Source: Sphagnum compactum (Eukaryota). Taken from it: a DNA stretch of 64,000 bases. Under the pieces are notes generated by a model that saw only the letters and a list, made by a program, of their open reading frames with translations, had not been told where the DNA came from and made no database searches. Both the position numbers and the translations under genes were made by a program. This document shows, in pieces, positions 52,682-64,000 of this stretch (positions are counted from its first letter, which is position 1; every line of letters starts with the position of its first letter). Where the stretch lies: assembly GCA_965153455.1 (NCBI GenBank), contig OZ234493.1, forward strand, positions 19,644,213-19,708,212, written 5' to 3'.

Positions 52682-55600
52682 ATGAACGAAGAGGAAGAGG
52701 AGGCCCCTTTGGAGGACCCGCGCATCCATCGAAATCGTCTTGCTCGGGAGAGGCACGCTGCTCGATCTGAGAAGCAACGTGCGGTAGATGCCAACCGACG
52801 GGCAACTCATAGAGCTGCGCGTAGTGATGCGCAAATTGCTGCGGATACCAGCCGACGAAAAACTCAGAGAGTTGTGCGTAGTGATGTGCAAATTGCAGCA
52901 GATGCCAGCAAGCGCAGCGATGCCCAGATTACGGCGGATGCCAACCGACGGGCAGTAAAGAGAACTACACACAACAATGCGCAAAATGTTATGAATGCCA
53001 GCTGGCGGGTAGTTCAGAGAACTGCGTGCAACGATGTGCAAATTGCTTTAGAAAATGTTGGGCGTGTTAACGCCCGGACACTTTTGCATTCTGATAGGCA
53101 ACATGAAATGCATAACACAGATCCTCAGGCTCACCAGGGCCAGCGTGAGCAATTGCCGGAAGAGCGTCGCCAAGAAATTCAAAACATTGATTGTCAAGCA
53201 CGTAGTGCCCAGCGTGAACTAGATCGCGCAAACCAAGGTGGGAATCAAATGATACCTTTGGCGCGCCATGAATTTGATGGCAGCCATCGTGGTCTTCGCC
53301 ACACTTTAGGTGAAATGACCACTGTGTGTGGCAAGTGCGACGCCCTACACTTTTTGGAAGAGCGTGCTGCATCAAGTTCGTGCGCCAATCCGCAATTTAC
53401 ACTGTGTTGCGCGCAAGGTAAAGTGACGCTACCCCCGTTGGCACCCCCACCAGAGCCACTCAGGCGGCTCCTTACAGGTAAAGAAATGGATGCGAAAGAC
53501 TTTCGTCAGCACATCCGCTCTTACAACACTGCGTTAGCCTTCACGTCTGTGGGGGCCAACCTGGATACCAGTGTTGCCCAACCTGGCAATTATACTTACC
53601 GTCTTTGCGGTGAGCTTTACCACAGGATGGGGAGTCTACTTCCTCAACCTGGCGAGGCGCGAAAATTCGCCCAACTATACATCAGCGATCCGCATGCCGA
53701 GCTCGATGGCCGGATGGGCAATTTTGGTGGCTTGAATAGGGACACCATGCAGTCATTGCAAACGATGTTACATGCATGCAACCCCTATGCCATCATCTAC
53801 CAAACGGCCGCGGAACGGCTCCAAGGCGGGGCTATTGAGCTAAGTCTTCGTTTGGTGAACGATCGCCGCACTAATTTGCAATGTTATAATGCGCCAACTG
53901 TTGACGAAGTTGGCGCATTGATGGTTGGGGGCGATGTGGATGAAGTAGACGCACGCGACATTGTTCTGCGTTCGACTAATGGCTATTTTCAGCGCGTTTC
54001 TCCCCTGCACAGTGCATACGCACCACTACACTACGTGCTTCTCTTCCCAGATGGACGCAACGGATGGCATGACGGCATCCCATTGAATGGATTTCAATGG
54101 GATGGTTCCTTGTTCATCCAGGATGACGAGAATACAATAGGTGGTAAACGCGGTTCTGCGCGCGTCACCATGCTTCAATATTATGCATACATGCTACAGC
54201 ATCGCGTCAACCAGGAATGGATTCTACGAGCCGGAAGGCTTTTGCAACAATTCATTGTTGACGCGTATGCATGTACTGAACAGAACCGCTTGAAGTTTAT
54301 TCGCGAGAACCAACGACAGTTGCGTTGCGACTTGTACAATGGTCTCCAAGATGCATTGAATGCTGGCGACGTTCTCGGGAACGACGTCGGGCAAAAGATG
54401 ATTCTCCCGTCGTCATTCCAGGGTGGTGAGCGCGCCATGGGCCAATTGTACCAAGATGCCATGGCCAGGGTCCGCAAATTTGGTAAGCCGGACCTTTTTG
54501 TCACATTTACCTGTAATCCTAAATGGAAAGAGATTACAGATGCGCTTCTCCTGGGGCAGATTGCCAAGGATCGCCCAGAGTTAGTAACTCGCGTTTTCAA
54601 TTTGAAACTTGACACCCTTTTGAGGGACATCAAAGACGGTGTTCTTGGCAATGTGATTGCTAAAATTTGGGTCATCGAGTTTCAAAAGAGAGGCTTGCCC
54701 CACGCACACATTTTGCTCATTTTAGATGAAGCGTCAAAATTGCGCACCACCGAGGACTTCGATTCGATGGTATCAGCCGAGATTCCGGATTCGATACGCC
54801 ATCCTGAGGCATACGAGACGGTCACTTCGTGCATGGTGCATGGGCCATGTGGTCCAGATTTTCTCAACGCACAATGCATGGAGCAGGGAAAATGCAAGAA
54901 AAGGTACCCACGTTCCTTTAGTGAAGAAACGCGCTGTGATGTTGACGGGTACCCGGAGTACCGGCGGCGTCAAACCCGCATTTTTGTAGATCCAAAGACG
55001 CAGCGCGTGGTGGATAACCGGTGGATTGTCCCGTATAATCTTCACTTGGCAACCAAGTACCATGCGCACATCAACGTGGAGATATGTTCGTCCATATCTG
55101 CCGTCAAGTACATGTACAAGTATGTGTACAAGGGACCTGACCGTGCTATTGCCGTTGTCGAAAGGCAGGCGAATAGGCATGGCCAGGAGAACAATGCGCA
55201 GGTGGTTGTTGCTAATGGTGAGGGGCAAAACCACGATGAAATTAAAGCATACCTTGAAGGACGTTATGTCTCTGCTTCCGAGGCATCGTGGCGTCTTTTC
55301 TCTTTTAGAATGCATGAAGGGACACCGTCTATCACACGCCTTGCCGTGCACGAGCCTGGAATGCATCAGGTCATGTACAATGAAAGTGCCAGTATTTTTG
55401 AAACTATTCATAGCGAGCAAAACCAGAAAACAACGCTCACCGAATACTTCCAAGCCAATATTGATTACCCCTTGGCAAGAAAAGTCACGTACATGGATTT
55501 TCCTTCTGTGTTTACATGGACCAATGGGACGAAAAAATGGACCATCCGGCAGAGAGGGTGCTGTGTCGGGCGCCTTTATTTCGTTAGTCCTTCCGCTGGC

Positions 55601-57516
55601 GAACGCTATTTCTTGCGTACATTGTTAACGAAGGTCAAAGGTGCTATTTCTTTTGAAGTTCTTCGCACAATTAACGGTGTTGTCCATGACACATTCAAAT
55701 CAACGTGCATTGCACTTGGTTTGTATGACTCGGATGACGAGTGGAATGCCTGTTTAGGAGAAGCAGTTGTCATGCAAACAGGTGCGCAATTGCGATCTCT
55801 GTTTGTGACCATCTTGGCCTTTGGCGTTCCAGGTGAGCCGCGCATGCTCTGGGACAAGTACAAGGAGCACATTTGCGATGACTGCAAGGTAGCATTACAA
55901 CGTCGCGGTATAATGGAACCGTCCATTGAGCAAATTGAGAGTTGGGCATTACATTCCTTACGGGATACGCTTGCCAAATTTAACAAAACTCTCGAGGATT
56001 TTGGCCTTCCTACCCCCTCTGTTGCCTTTCATCGATTAGAGACCAATCGCCTGCTTGAGGTGGAGCGCGACTACAATGTTGAAGTCTTGCAAGTCAAGGT
56101 GTCTACGGCCATTGAGAGCCTCAATAATGGGCAGCGTGCAGCCTATGATGGCGTAATCAATGCATATGCTGCCCATCACGCTAAAGTCATCTTTATCGAT
56201 GGCCCCGGTGGAACGGGTAAAACCTACATCGAAAACTTGATTTTGAACGCTGTGCGTTCGTGTGGCGATATTGCACTTGTTGTCGCCTCTTCAGGCATTG
56301 CTGCACTTCTGCTCTCTGGAGGGCAAACGGCCCATTCGTACCTGAAGATCCCGATCGCACTCGACTGTACGTCCTTATGTTATATTCGTAAACAAGATGA
56401 TTTAGCGGCGCTAATCCGTCAAACGAAACTCATCCTTTGGGATGAAGCTCCTATGACTAATGAGCTCGTTTTTGAAGCGGTGGATCGAACTTTGCGTGAC
56501 CTTACAGACAGGAATGAACCCTTTGGCGGCATTGTTTTCGTCATGTCAGGGGACTTTCGCCAAGTCCTTCCGGTCATTCCCCGGGGATCCCATGCAGACA
56601 TTGTCTCTGCATCGATCAAGAACTCCTACCTATGGGAATCTGTTGAGGTATTCCGTCTTTCGAAAAATATGCGAGCCGATGATGCCATTGCTATTCACCC
56701 CGATCTTGGGAATCGCACTTTTGCAGACTGGCTTCTTTGTCTTGGCAACAACGAGTTAGAAACCATCGATGAGGACTACATCAAATGTCCAGACATGATG
56801 AAACTCCCTCCTGCGGACACACGAGCCATGGCTGTGGCCATCTACCCTCAACTACACAAGGGCCAGGTCACAAACGAGTATTTGCGTGAGCGCGCGATTT
56901 TGGCTCCTCGCAACAAGGAGGTTTCGCTAATAAATGTGATGGTTTTAAGCTACCTTCCAGGCGCACAAGTTGACTTCCTTAGTGCGGATTTCGCAGAGGA
57001 CTTGGAAGTGGCGAACACATACCCTTCCGAATTCCTCAACACTTTGGAAGTCAGTGGCATGCCTTCACACAAGCTGTCGTTCAAGATTGGCGCACCAGTG
57101 ATGCTGTTGCGCAATCTTGACCCCTTGGCTGGGCTATGCAATGGACGCGCCTGATTATTCGACGCTTCACGATGCGAGTCGTTGAGGCTGAGATCATCAC
57201 AGGCAAAGGGGCTGGTAATGTGGCCTTTATCCCGCGCATTAAGTTCATTTCCGATAACAGCGGTTTGCCATTTACATTTGCAAGGAAGCAATTTCCTTTG
57301 CGGCTAGCCTATGCGATGACTATTAATAAGTCTCAAGGGCAGACCCTCTCTCATGTTGGCCTTCATCTCGCAGATGACGTTTTTTCGCATGGCCAACTTT
57401 ATGTTGCCTTTTCACGTGCCAAGGCACCAGCGAACATCAAAGTTCTATTGCCAGACACAATGCATGGCCGGATTGGCCTTATGCGCAATGTTGTGTACGA
57501 AGAAGCCCTCCTTTGA
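52682..57516 (+). CDS. Helitron RepHel (HUH Rep + PIF1 helicase), intronless, single 1-bp frameshift near 57144
   Basis: Zn motif CGKC...CC; Rep motifs PDLFVTFTCNP, EFQKRGLPHAH and KYMYKYVYKG; helicase motifs GPGGTGKT, DEAPM, GDFRQVLPV, NMRA and LAPRN. GLCNG|TRL is split by the frameshift, followed by QFPLRLAYAMTINKSQGQTL and HGQLYVAFSR. Confidence 0.95.
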
Positions 57517-59330
57517 AGCTGCATGCATCTCTTAAATGGCTCCGCGAGAAGCTACATTCATGATGTGTAGCTGTTAGAAATAGAATTTGTTTTTGAAATA
57601 AATACGGTTTAAAAAAACCGGGGGACTTCACAGTGTCTGAAGAAAAACATTAAGAAAAAATAATGAAAAAAACCCCTACTTGAAAAAGAATGAGGTGTGT
57701 CTTCTTTCTCCAAACTTCAAACTTGCATCCAAATAAACAAAAATACAAAAGTGAAAAAGAAACATTTTATTTTTGTTATACAAAATAATAATTAAAACAT
57801 CCGTCCCATCATCCCTCCCCTCATCCGTCTCGATGACGGCCACCGGTGCTAGCCTTTCCCCGGCGTTTAACACTGCCGCTGCATTTACGGCCATAATAAA
57901 AACAAAAAACACATATGAATAAAAAAATAAAAAAGATAAAAGTTTTTAAAAAAAACTAAAACATGAACCAAGTTTAAAGAAAGAAGGGACTTCACCGTGT
58001 CTGAAGGTCACGGGTACCCACTACAAATCCTTCTAGCTCCCAGAAAAGCCTTGGGTGGGCACCTAATAGCAATTTAATTCAGTTTCCATGGCCACAAGGC
58101 ATTTCACTCCTTCAAAATGGTCCATTCTGTGAAGCTGAAGGCCCCATGCGAGATTTTGCTGGACTCCACAGAGGGGTGTAACCCCAAGGTAAGTGGGTAA
58201 CTGAAGCACCTAGGTGACATCCGAGGTGGCACACACCTCTGCATCCGTCCCGATGACGGCCACCGGTGCTAAAGATAAAAGTTGATGACGGGATGGATTT
58301 TGGGGAAGCTTTTTTTCTTTTAGCTACTGTTCGTCCCAATTAATGGGATGGATGAAATGTCTGTCCGGCTGGATGATCACAAAATAATAATAAAAATAAA
58401 AAATAAAAAAGTTAAAAGTTTCTAAAAAAAACTAAAACACAAACCAAGTTTAAAGAAACGGGGGGACTTCACAGTGGCCGAAGGTCACGGGCACCCACTA
58501 ATATTCTTGGGTGGTCGTCCTTTCCATCCATCCGTTCCGTCATCCGTCCATCCAAGTTCCTCATCTCGAAAGAAGAAGATGATGAAAGGGGAGGAGGACG
58601 ACAACTCATGGCGATCATGTGATCCTGTTAGCACTGCGAAATTGTGGGTAAGAAAATCCCTGTGGACCAATCAGGAGCGTATTCCAGCGACACCCCTATC
58701 CGCCTGCCATAAAATGCAATATTCTATTCCGGAACGGCGGTCACACCGTCGTCGTCGTCGTCGTCACGAGTAACGCCAACGAGAAGGCGCAAACGTTTTG
58801 GCCGGAATTCTCCTCATTGCTGTGCTGATGGTGTTGCTGCTTCGAACTGCGGCGGGCGTTCCGTTGAAGGTATCTCGAAGCTATCGTGGGGTTTTATTCT
58901 TGCGAAAGAATGTGAGTATGGCTACTTGCAGGCAATTCTGCACTATGGAGTGGGTTTTTTATGGAGTTCCTTTCAGGATGCTCCCAGGCGTTCTGTTTTT
59001 CTGCTGCAGTTTTTCCTCTGTGATGTATGTATGTGGTCAAGAGGTGATGATCGAAGCAAGGGGATTGATTGCAAGCTTGCTCGATCGATGAAAGTGGAGA
59101 ATATTTTGCAGTGGAGTATATGAAACTGCAGGAGGAGAAAAACGATGCAGAGCTGAAGAAACAACACAACTTTCTCTCTCCTCTACCGCGGTATTATGTC
59201 TTTTTGTCCATAAAAGCTTTCGATGCGCTCCCGTATCCTACTGCCAAATCTATTACAGGGGTTTTATTGTCCAAAACTCCCAGTCTATCATTTTCTGAAA
59301 CTCAGATGTATGATTCATATGTCTATACAG

Positions 59331-60269
59331 GTTTCAAGAACTAAAACGGTCAAAGGAAGTTGAGGTAGCAAGCTGGGTCCAGCGCATGGCAACAATGAAC
59401 ATGGCACATGAGCGTGCTCTTCAGGTACCCAGGATAGGTCACTCATTATGTGCTGTGCTATTTAATTTGCATAGCAAGATTGGAAATTCTCAAATATGTT
59501 TAGTCGCTGACATTGAGTGCAACAGGAGCTTATAGAGGCCTATGAAGTAAAGCTAGAGGACCAGGAGGTGGTAATTAAGAACCTGTACACAGATAAGGAG
59601 CAGCTCCACCTTGATTTTGCAGAGGTTAGGAAGCAGCAGGAGGATGATACTGACACTGAGATTGAACAGCAGAAAGCTGAGTAAGTTAATGTTCTTTGTG
59701 GTGTCATTTCCATTCATACCTTAACTTGCTGTATCTGCAGTTATGACAGGGTGTTCACAAGATGAGCAGTATGTGAGCAGTCTTGTGTTCACTGATTATT
59801 CACTGCAATGTATGTGAAGAGATGATAGTGAATGCTGGGTATGGGATTGGAGGCTATATACAGGTATGAGAAACTGCTTGACCAAGCCAATAGCACAGTC
59901 CGTCAAGTTATGGGGGAAAATGGCATTTTAAAAAGAAATTCCTTGAATTCCAGCGGGACCTTGATATGGCTCAAGATGATTTGAAGGAGATGAGTGACCA
60001 AAAGAAGGAGCTGTATGACATCAGTAGCTGCTGTGAACTTGACATTCGGTATGAGCCTGCTTTGCTTTGTTTTTTGGCACATGGGGCCTAGCACAGCACT
60101 GACTCAAAATGAAGGCACTATGCAGTCACATTTATGTTCGTATTCTGATTGCCCTGATTTGACATTTGTTTCATGATGATTCAGAACATTGCAGAAAGAT
60201 ATGTATGACAGAGAGGACACAATTGATGAGAAGGATCTGCGGATTTATGATCTCAAACGAATAAATCAG
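59331..60269 (+). pseudogene. CFAP57: Four-exon fragment of cilia- and flagella-associated protein 57 (WDR65) coiled-coil region
   Basis: Phase-compatible GT-AG exons 59331-59424, 59526-59680, 59864-60048 and 60185-60269 give ...ELIEAYEVKL...FAEVRKQQEDDTDTEIE..YEKLL...GENGILK/KF...DREDTIDEKDLRIYDLKRINQ. This resembles recalled CFAP57 sequence ([38 protein letters not shown]). Frameshift near 59932. Confidence 0.75.
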
Positions 60270-60284
60270 GTATAGAATTTCTGG

Positions 60285-60592
60285 ATATGGATCTGCTCCT
60301 TGCCATGTAGTTCCTTGCTTGAATGCCCATAATGCTGCTACGTCATTGTCGTCGACCACAGATGCAGCTGCTGCAGTAACAACCATGACAACTTAAAGGT
60401 GGTTTCTTCTTCAGCTGGATGGCCTACAAGAAACAGTAGCAGCAGTAGGATCAGCAACAGCAGCTTGATGAAGCTCCATGATCTCTGAGCCATCAACTGT
60501 CCAGGAAGCTGAGCAAAAGCAACAGTAACAACAAACTGGGTGGTGGTTCTTCTTCTTCCAATGCTGATCATGAGCTGCTTCATCAAGCTCAT
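60285..60592 (-). pseudogene. 5' fragment of an LRR receptor-like protein (hydrophobic leader + LRRNT-like motif)
   Basis: LLLLILLLLLFLVG, a frameshift, then VVDDNDVAALWAFKQGTTWQGADP (DxxALxxFK...WxGxDP); truncated immediately afterwards. Confidence 0.5.
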
Positions 60593-62425
60593 GGAGCTAG
60601 AGAAGATTGATACCCATCACTCTGAGCTGCTTTTGAAGCTTCTGAAGCTTCTTCTTCCTCTGACCATGAAGCTGAAAACTTAGACTCAAAGCTGAAGTTC
60701 TCTCACCATAAATCTTGGTCCCATGAAGCTGAAAGCTTAGACTCAAAGCCTAGACTTTTCTCTTAGTAACTCCTTATCTTCTTGAGCAGGAACCGATGAA
60801 AACATTCTCCATAGCTGGCAATGTAACAGTGCTCAAAGGAAGTTCAGCTTTTGAACTCTAGACTTGCTTGAGCTTCATGTTCTCATGATGAAACCTAAGC
60901 AGCCTTGGAAAAGATCCATGGAAAAGCACAAGACATGGGAATGGACATATTTTAATGCCCTCATCAGCAAGTCTTCTTACTTTTGGGGGACTTCACAGTG
61001 TCCGAAGGTCACGGGTACTTATATAATATTTTAGGTTTTGTCCTGTTGTGGTTGGCGGTCGTCCTTTCCATCCATCCATCCCGTCGTTCATCCCGTCATC
61101 CATTCGTCCCTCCATCCATCCAAGGCAAAGAGTGGGGGGGAGGGCGCGGGCCCTTCTTAAATTGCAAAACTCCACTGTTTCGCGGAATTGCCCATTCTGC
61201 CCTATTTATAGCACAATAGGTATCCATCCTGTTATGAAGGGGTATTGGCCCATAATAAAAATTTCAGGCAGGCACTGAGGAAGGCTTGTTATGCAATCAA
61301 TGCAGCCAATTTTGTCCTTTTTTGGGTTTTGGGGAGAGGGGGAAAGGGAGAAATTTTTTCTTTTTTCTATTGGGGGTGGGGGTCCCATCATCCATCCATG
61401 GAATGGAGGAGACAATCATGTGGCAATTGATCTCATAGTAAGGAGGTAGTTGTCAGGAGGGACCGACCCCAGGTCGTCCCTAGCAGTGTTGTTTTTTATT
61501 TTATTTTTCTAAGATTTTTTGTTTGTAACCACAGTGGGGATCTTCCATAGAAAAATGTGGCGACCTTCCTCAAGAAGATTGTGCCAAAACTGGCTATAAA
61601 GCCGGATATGAAGTAAACAACTGTAATCGTGCTTCTATATCTTTGACTACACACTCAAAACCAACCAAATATATTTGATAATTTTGTCTTTTTTTGCTCC
61701 CCCCCCCCCCCCCCCCACTCACTTTTGGGGGACTTCACAGTGTCCGAAGGTCACGGGTACCCACTAGTATATAAATAATATAGTGAGAAAAACACTAAAA
61801 TAATAGAATCTCCAAATTTTCATTTAAATTTTTTTGCCATAGAAAGAAACATCGTTTCTCATTCAAAAGAGACATTTAAATTACACTCTATAACAATGAT
61901 CATGGTATGAGATGCATGGTGTCTCAAGGACTTCATTGCATTCCTAGGTGGAATAGGTCGATTCTGTAGTTCGTTAAAAAAGGCTCCCCTGTAGTCTAAT
62001 TCCAAGGCCGAATCAGCACTTCCTGTTGATTCTGCAGCACTACCAATTCTGACATACACCCCTACAGAGACTCCTACCTGAAACCTTACGGAATGAGGCC
62101 ACAATGTGGCCAATGCCAAGCTCGTACTCATTAGGCTTGTTGTGCTTTGTAAACATACCTCCAAATACATTAAGAAAAATATGGGAGGTTTTTATGGTAA
62201 ATGAAATCCACTAACTAGGTTATTTTTGACCATATTGACCCTTTAAACTGGACATCCAAAAGGTGCAGCGTTTGGGTTAGTTGAGCAAGATTGAAGAGTG
62301 TGGGCCTATGGCCTTCCATGGAAATGTATGCCAGCCCAGACTACTCAACCGTATGTATATAGAGGAGCAAGTCGTGCTTATCTTTGTGTGCTGCTTCTCT
62401 CTTTGCTCCTTCCTAGTTGGTTTCC

Positions 62426-63267
62426 TGACACACTAGCTACTTCTCAACTTCCACCCCTTCAGGACACACCTCCAATCACCATGGCCAACCTATTGCAGGC
62501 AGTCGATGCATTAGGTTTTGTGACACACTAGCTATTTCACAACTTCCACCCCTTCAGGACACACCTCCAATCACCATGGCCAACCTATTGCTGGCAGTCG
62601 ATGCATTAGGTTACGTGACACACTAACTACTTCCCAACTTCCACCCCTTCAGGACACACCTCCAATCACAATGGCCAACCTATTGCAAGCAGTCGATGCA
62701 TTAGGTTTCGTGACACACTAGCTACTTCCCAACTTCCACCCCTTCAGAACACACCTCCAATCACCATGGCCAACCTATTGCAGGCAGTCGATGCATTAGG
62801 TTTAGTGACACACTAGCTACTTCCCAACTTCCACCCCTTCAGGACCCACCTCCAATCACCATGGCCAACCTATTGCAGGCAGTCGATGCATTAGGTTTTG
62901 TGACACACTAGCTACTTCCCAACTTCCACCCCTTCAGGACCCACCTCCAATCACCATGGCCAACCTATTGCAGGCAGTCGATGCATTAGGTTTTGTGACA
63001 CACTAGCTACTTCCCAACTTCCACCCCTTCAGGACACACCTCCAATCACCATGGCCAACCTATTGCAGGCAGTCGATGCATTAGGTTTCGTGACACACTA
63101 GCTACTTCCCAACTTCCACCCCTTCAGGACCCACCTCCAATCACCATGCCCAACCTATTGCAGGCAGTCGATGCATTAGGTTTTGTGACACACTAGCTAT
63201 TTCCCAACTTTCACCCCTTCAGGACCCACCTCCAATCACCATGGCCAACCTATTGCAGGCAGTCGAT
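62426..63267. repeat. Homogeneous tandem array, about 8.9 units of 95 bp
   Basis: TGACACACTAGCTACTTCCCAACTTCCACCCCTTCAGGACACACCTCCAATCACCATGGCCAACCTATTGCAGGCAGTCGATGCATTAGGTTTTG starts at 62426, 62521, 62616, 62711, 62806, 62901, 62996, 63091 and 63186. Confidence 0.97.
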
Positions 63268-64000
63268 TTTTTCACATCTAGTTTGAGCTAACTTGATGTC
63301 ATGTAAATTCTTCCTTTTTCCTTATTCCTTGGTACATTTTTCAATTCTAGAGTGTGTTTACAAATAAAGTTTTGCAGGGTTGCACCAAATAAAAGTGAGA
63401 CAGTGTGAATGGAGAAAATGTAGCTGGAGATCAAGAAAAAAGGGACATAAATATGTACACAGAAGTTGTAATAATTATGGTGAAATTCCAAAAAGTAATG
63501 AACATAAACTGGACAGAAACTTAAAATAGTAGAACTTAGATTAATCGACTTTACCTTTCAACCGTCTCTTGGGACCAGGTGTTTTTTTAATAAAAAAATT
63601 CCAAATTTTTTGATATTAACATTTGGTGAATGTTTCCAGAAATTAGCAAATTTACTTGAATTTACTCAAAACTTAAATTTTTTGTGATAAAAAACAGAAA
63701 ATTTTGTCCAAAGAAAATTACTGCTTAGGAAGTTTGGATCACTGGTTTTTTTTTTATCCTTTTCTTTTTTTTCAATTCTCTGATTTTTCAAAATTGAAAA
63801 AAATTGGTAAACATGAATTTTCCGAAATAAATCTCAATAAAAAAATTTAAAAAGAAAAAAAATTTTGGTATAAAAGAATTCACTGCTTTAGACTTCTGTA
63901 ATGCTAAAATTGCAAAAATGCTCTCCAAAATGTGCCTGTGGGATAGTGACAAGTAAATAAATAAATAAGGGAAAATCACACTGCAAGGGAACAAGAGAAG

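Larger units (their letters stand above)
50087..61767 (+). mobile_element. Composite Helitron (rolling-circle transposon) with captured gene fragments
   Basis: 5' A|TCTATATATATAAT at 50087; 3' GGGACTTCACAGTGTCCGAAGGTCACGGGTACCCACTAG|T ending at 61767; RepHel gene inside; internal copies of both termini. Confidence 0.75.

Noticed and set aside
53067-57291. Several minus-strand and alternative-frame ORFs of 66-226 aa
   Set aside because: Shadows of the GC-rich RepHel coding strand with no recognisable motifs.
52682-57516. Bacterial or viral contamination suggested by high GC and no introns
   Set aside because: The motif set is that of a eukaryotic Helitron, and it sits within Helitron termini among spliceosomal gene fragments.
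61859-62170. 103-aa minus-strand ORF
   Set aside because: No recognisable motif or convincing exon structure.
62426-63267. CRISPR array or repeat-protein CDS
   Set aside because: No variable spacers, and the 95-bp period breaks the reading frame and includes stops.

Overview
Eukaryotic, AT-rich, repeat-dense nuclear DNA from a land plant with flagellated sperm, most likely a moss such as Sphagnum. That assignment is an inference from a CFAP57 fragment, a mitochondrial atp9 insert with introns at positions 21 and 87, and GT-AG introns. The only apparently intact host genes are two divergent, intronless AP2/ERF (DREB-like) paralogues facing each other about 21.5 kb apart (5370-6014 + and 27544-28194 -). 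Between them lies a decayed, 3'-truncated CACTA/En-Spm transposon (8489 to about 16290) with an unusual layout. A TnpA/Transposase_24-like gene runs on the minus strand. On the plus strand, a zinc-finger exon can splice in frame either to a SET-domain (lysine methyltransferase-like) exon or to the TnpD transposase. TCGCAA motifs cluster in the element's non-coding parts. This possible transposon-encoded chromatin modifier is the most interesting signal in the window. The right part holds an approximately 11.7 kb composite Helitron (50087-61767) with a nearly intact RepHel gene (one frameshift), five serial 3'-end motifs and several apparently captured host-gene fragments (dehydrin-like, alpha/beta-hydrolase, CFAP57, LRR N-terminus). 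Also present are an atp9 NUMT, a hAT fossil split by a solo LTR with a 5-bp TSD, PIF/Harbinger-type MITEs, REL-endonuclease LINE fossils and two tandem arrays (about 74 bp x9 and 95 bp x9). All calls come from reading the sequence by eye; no database searches were run.
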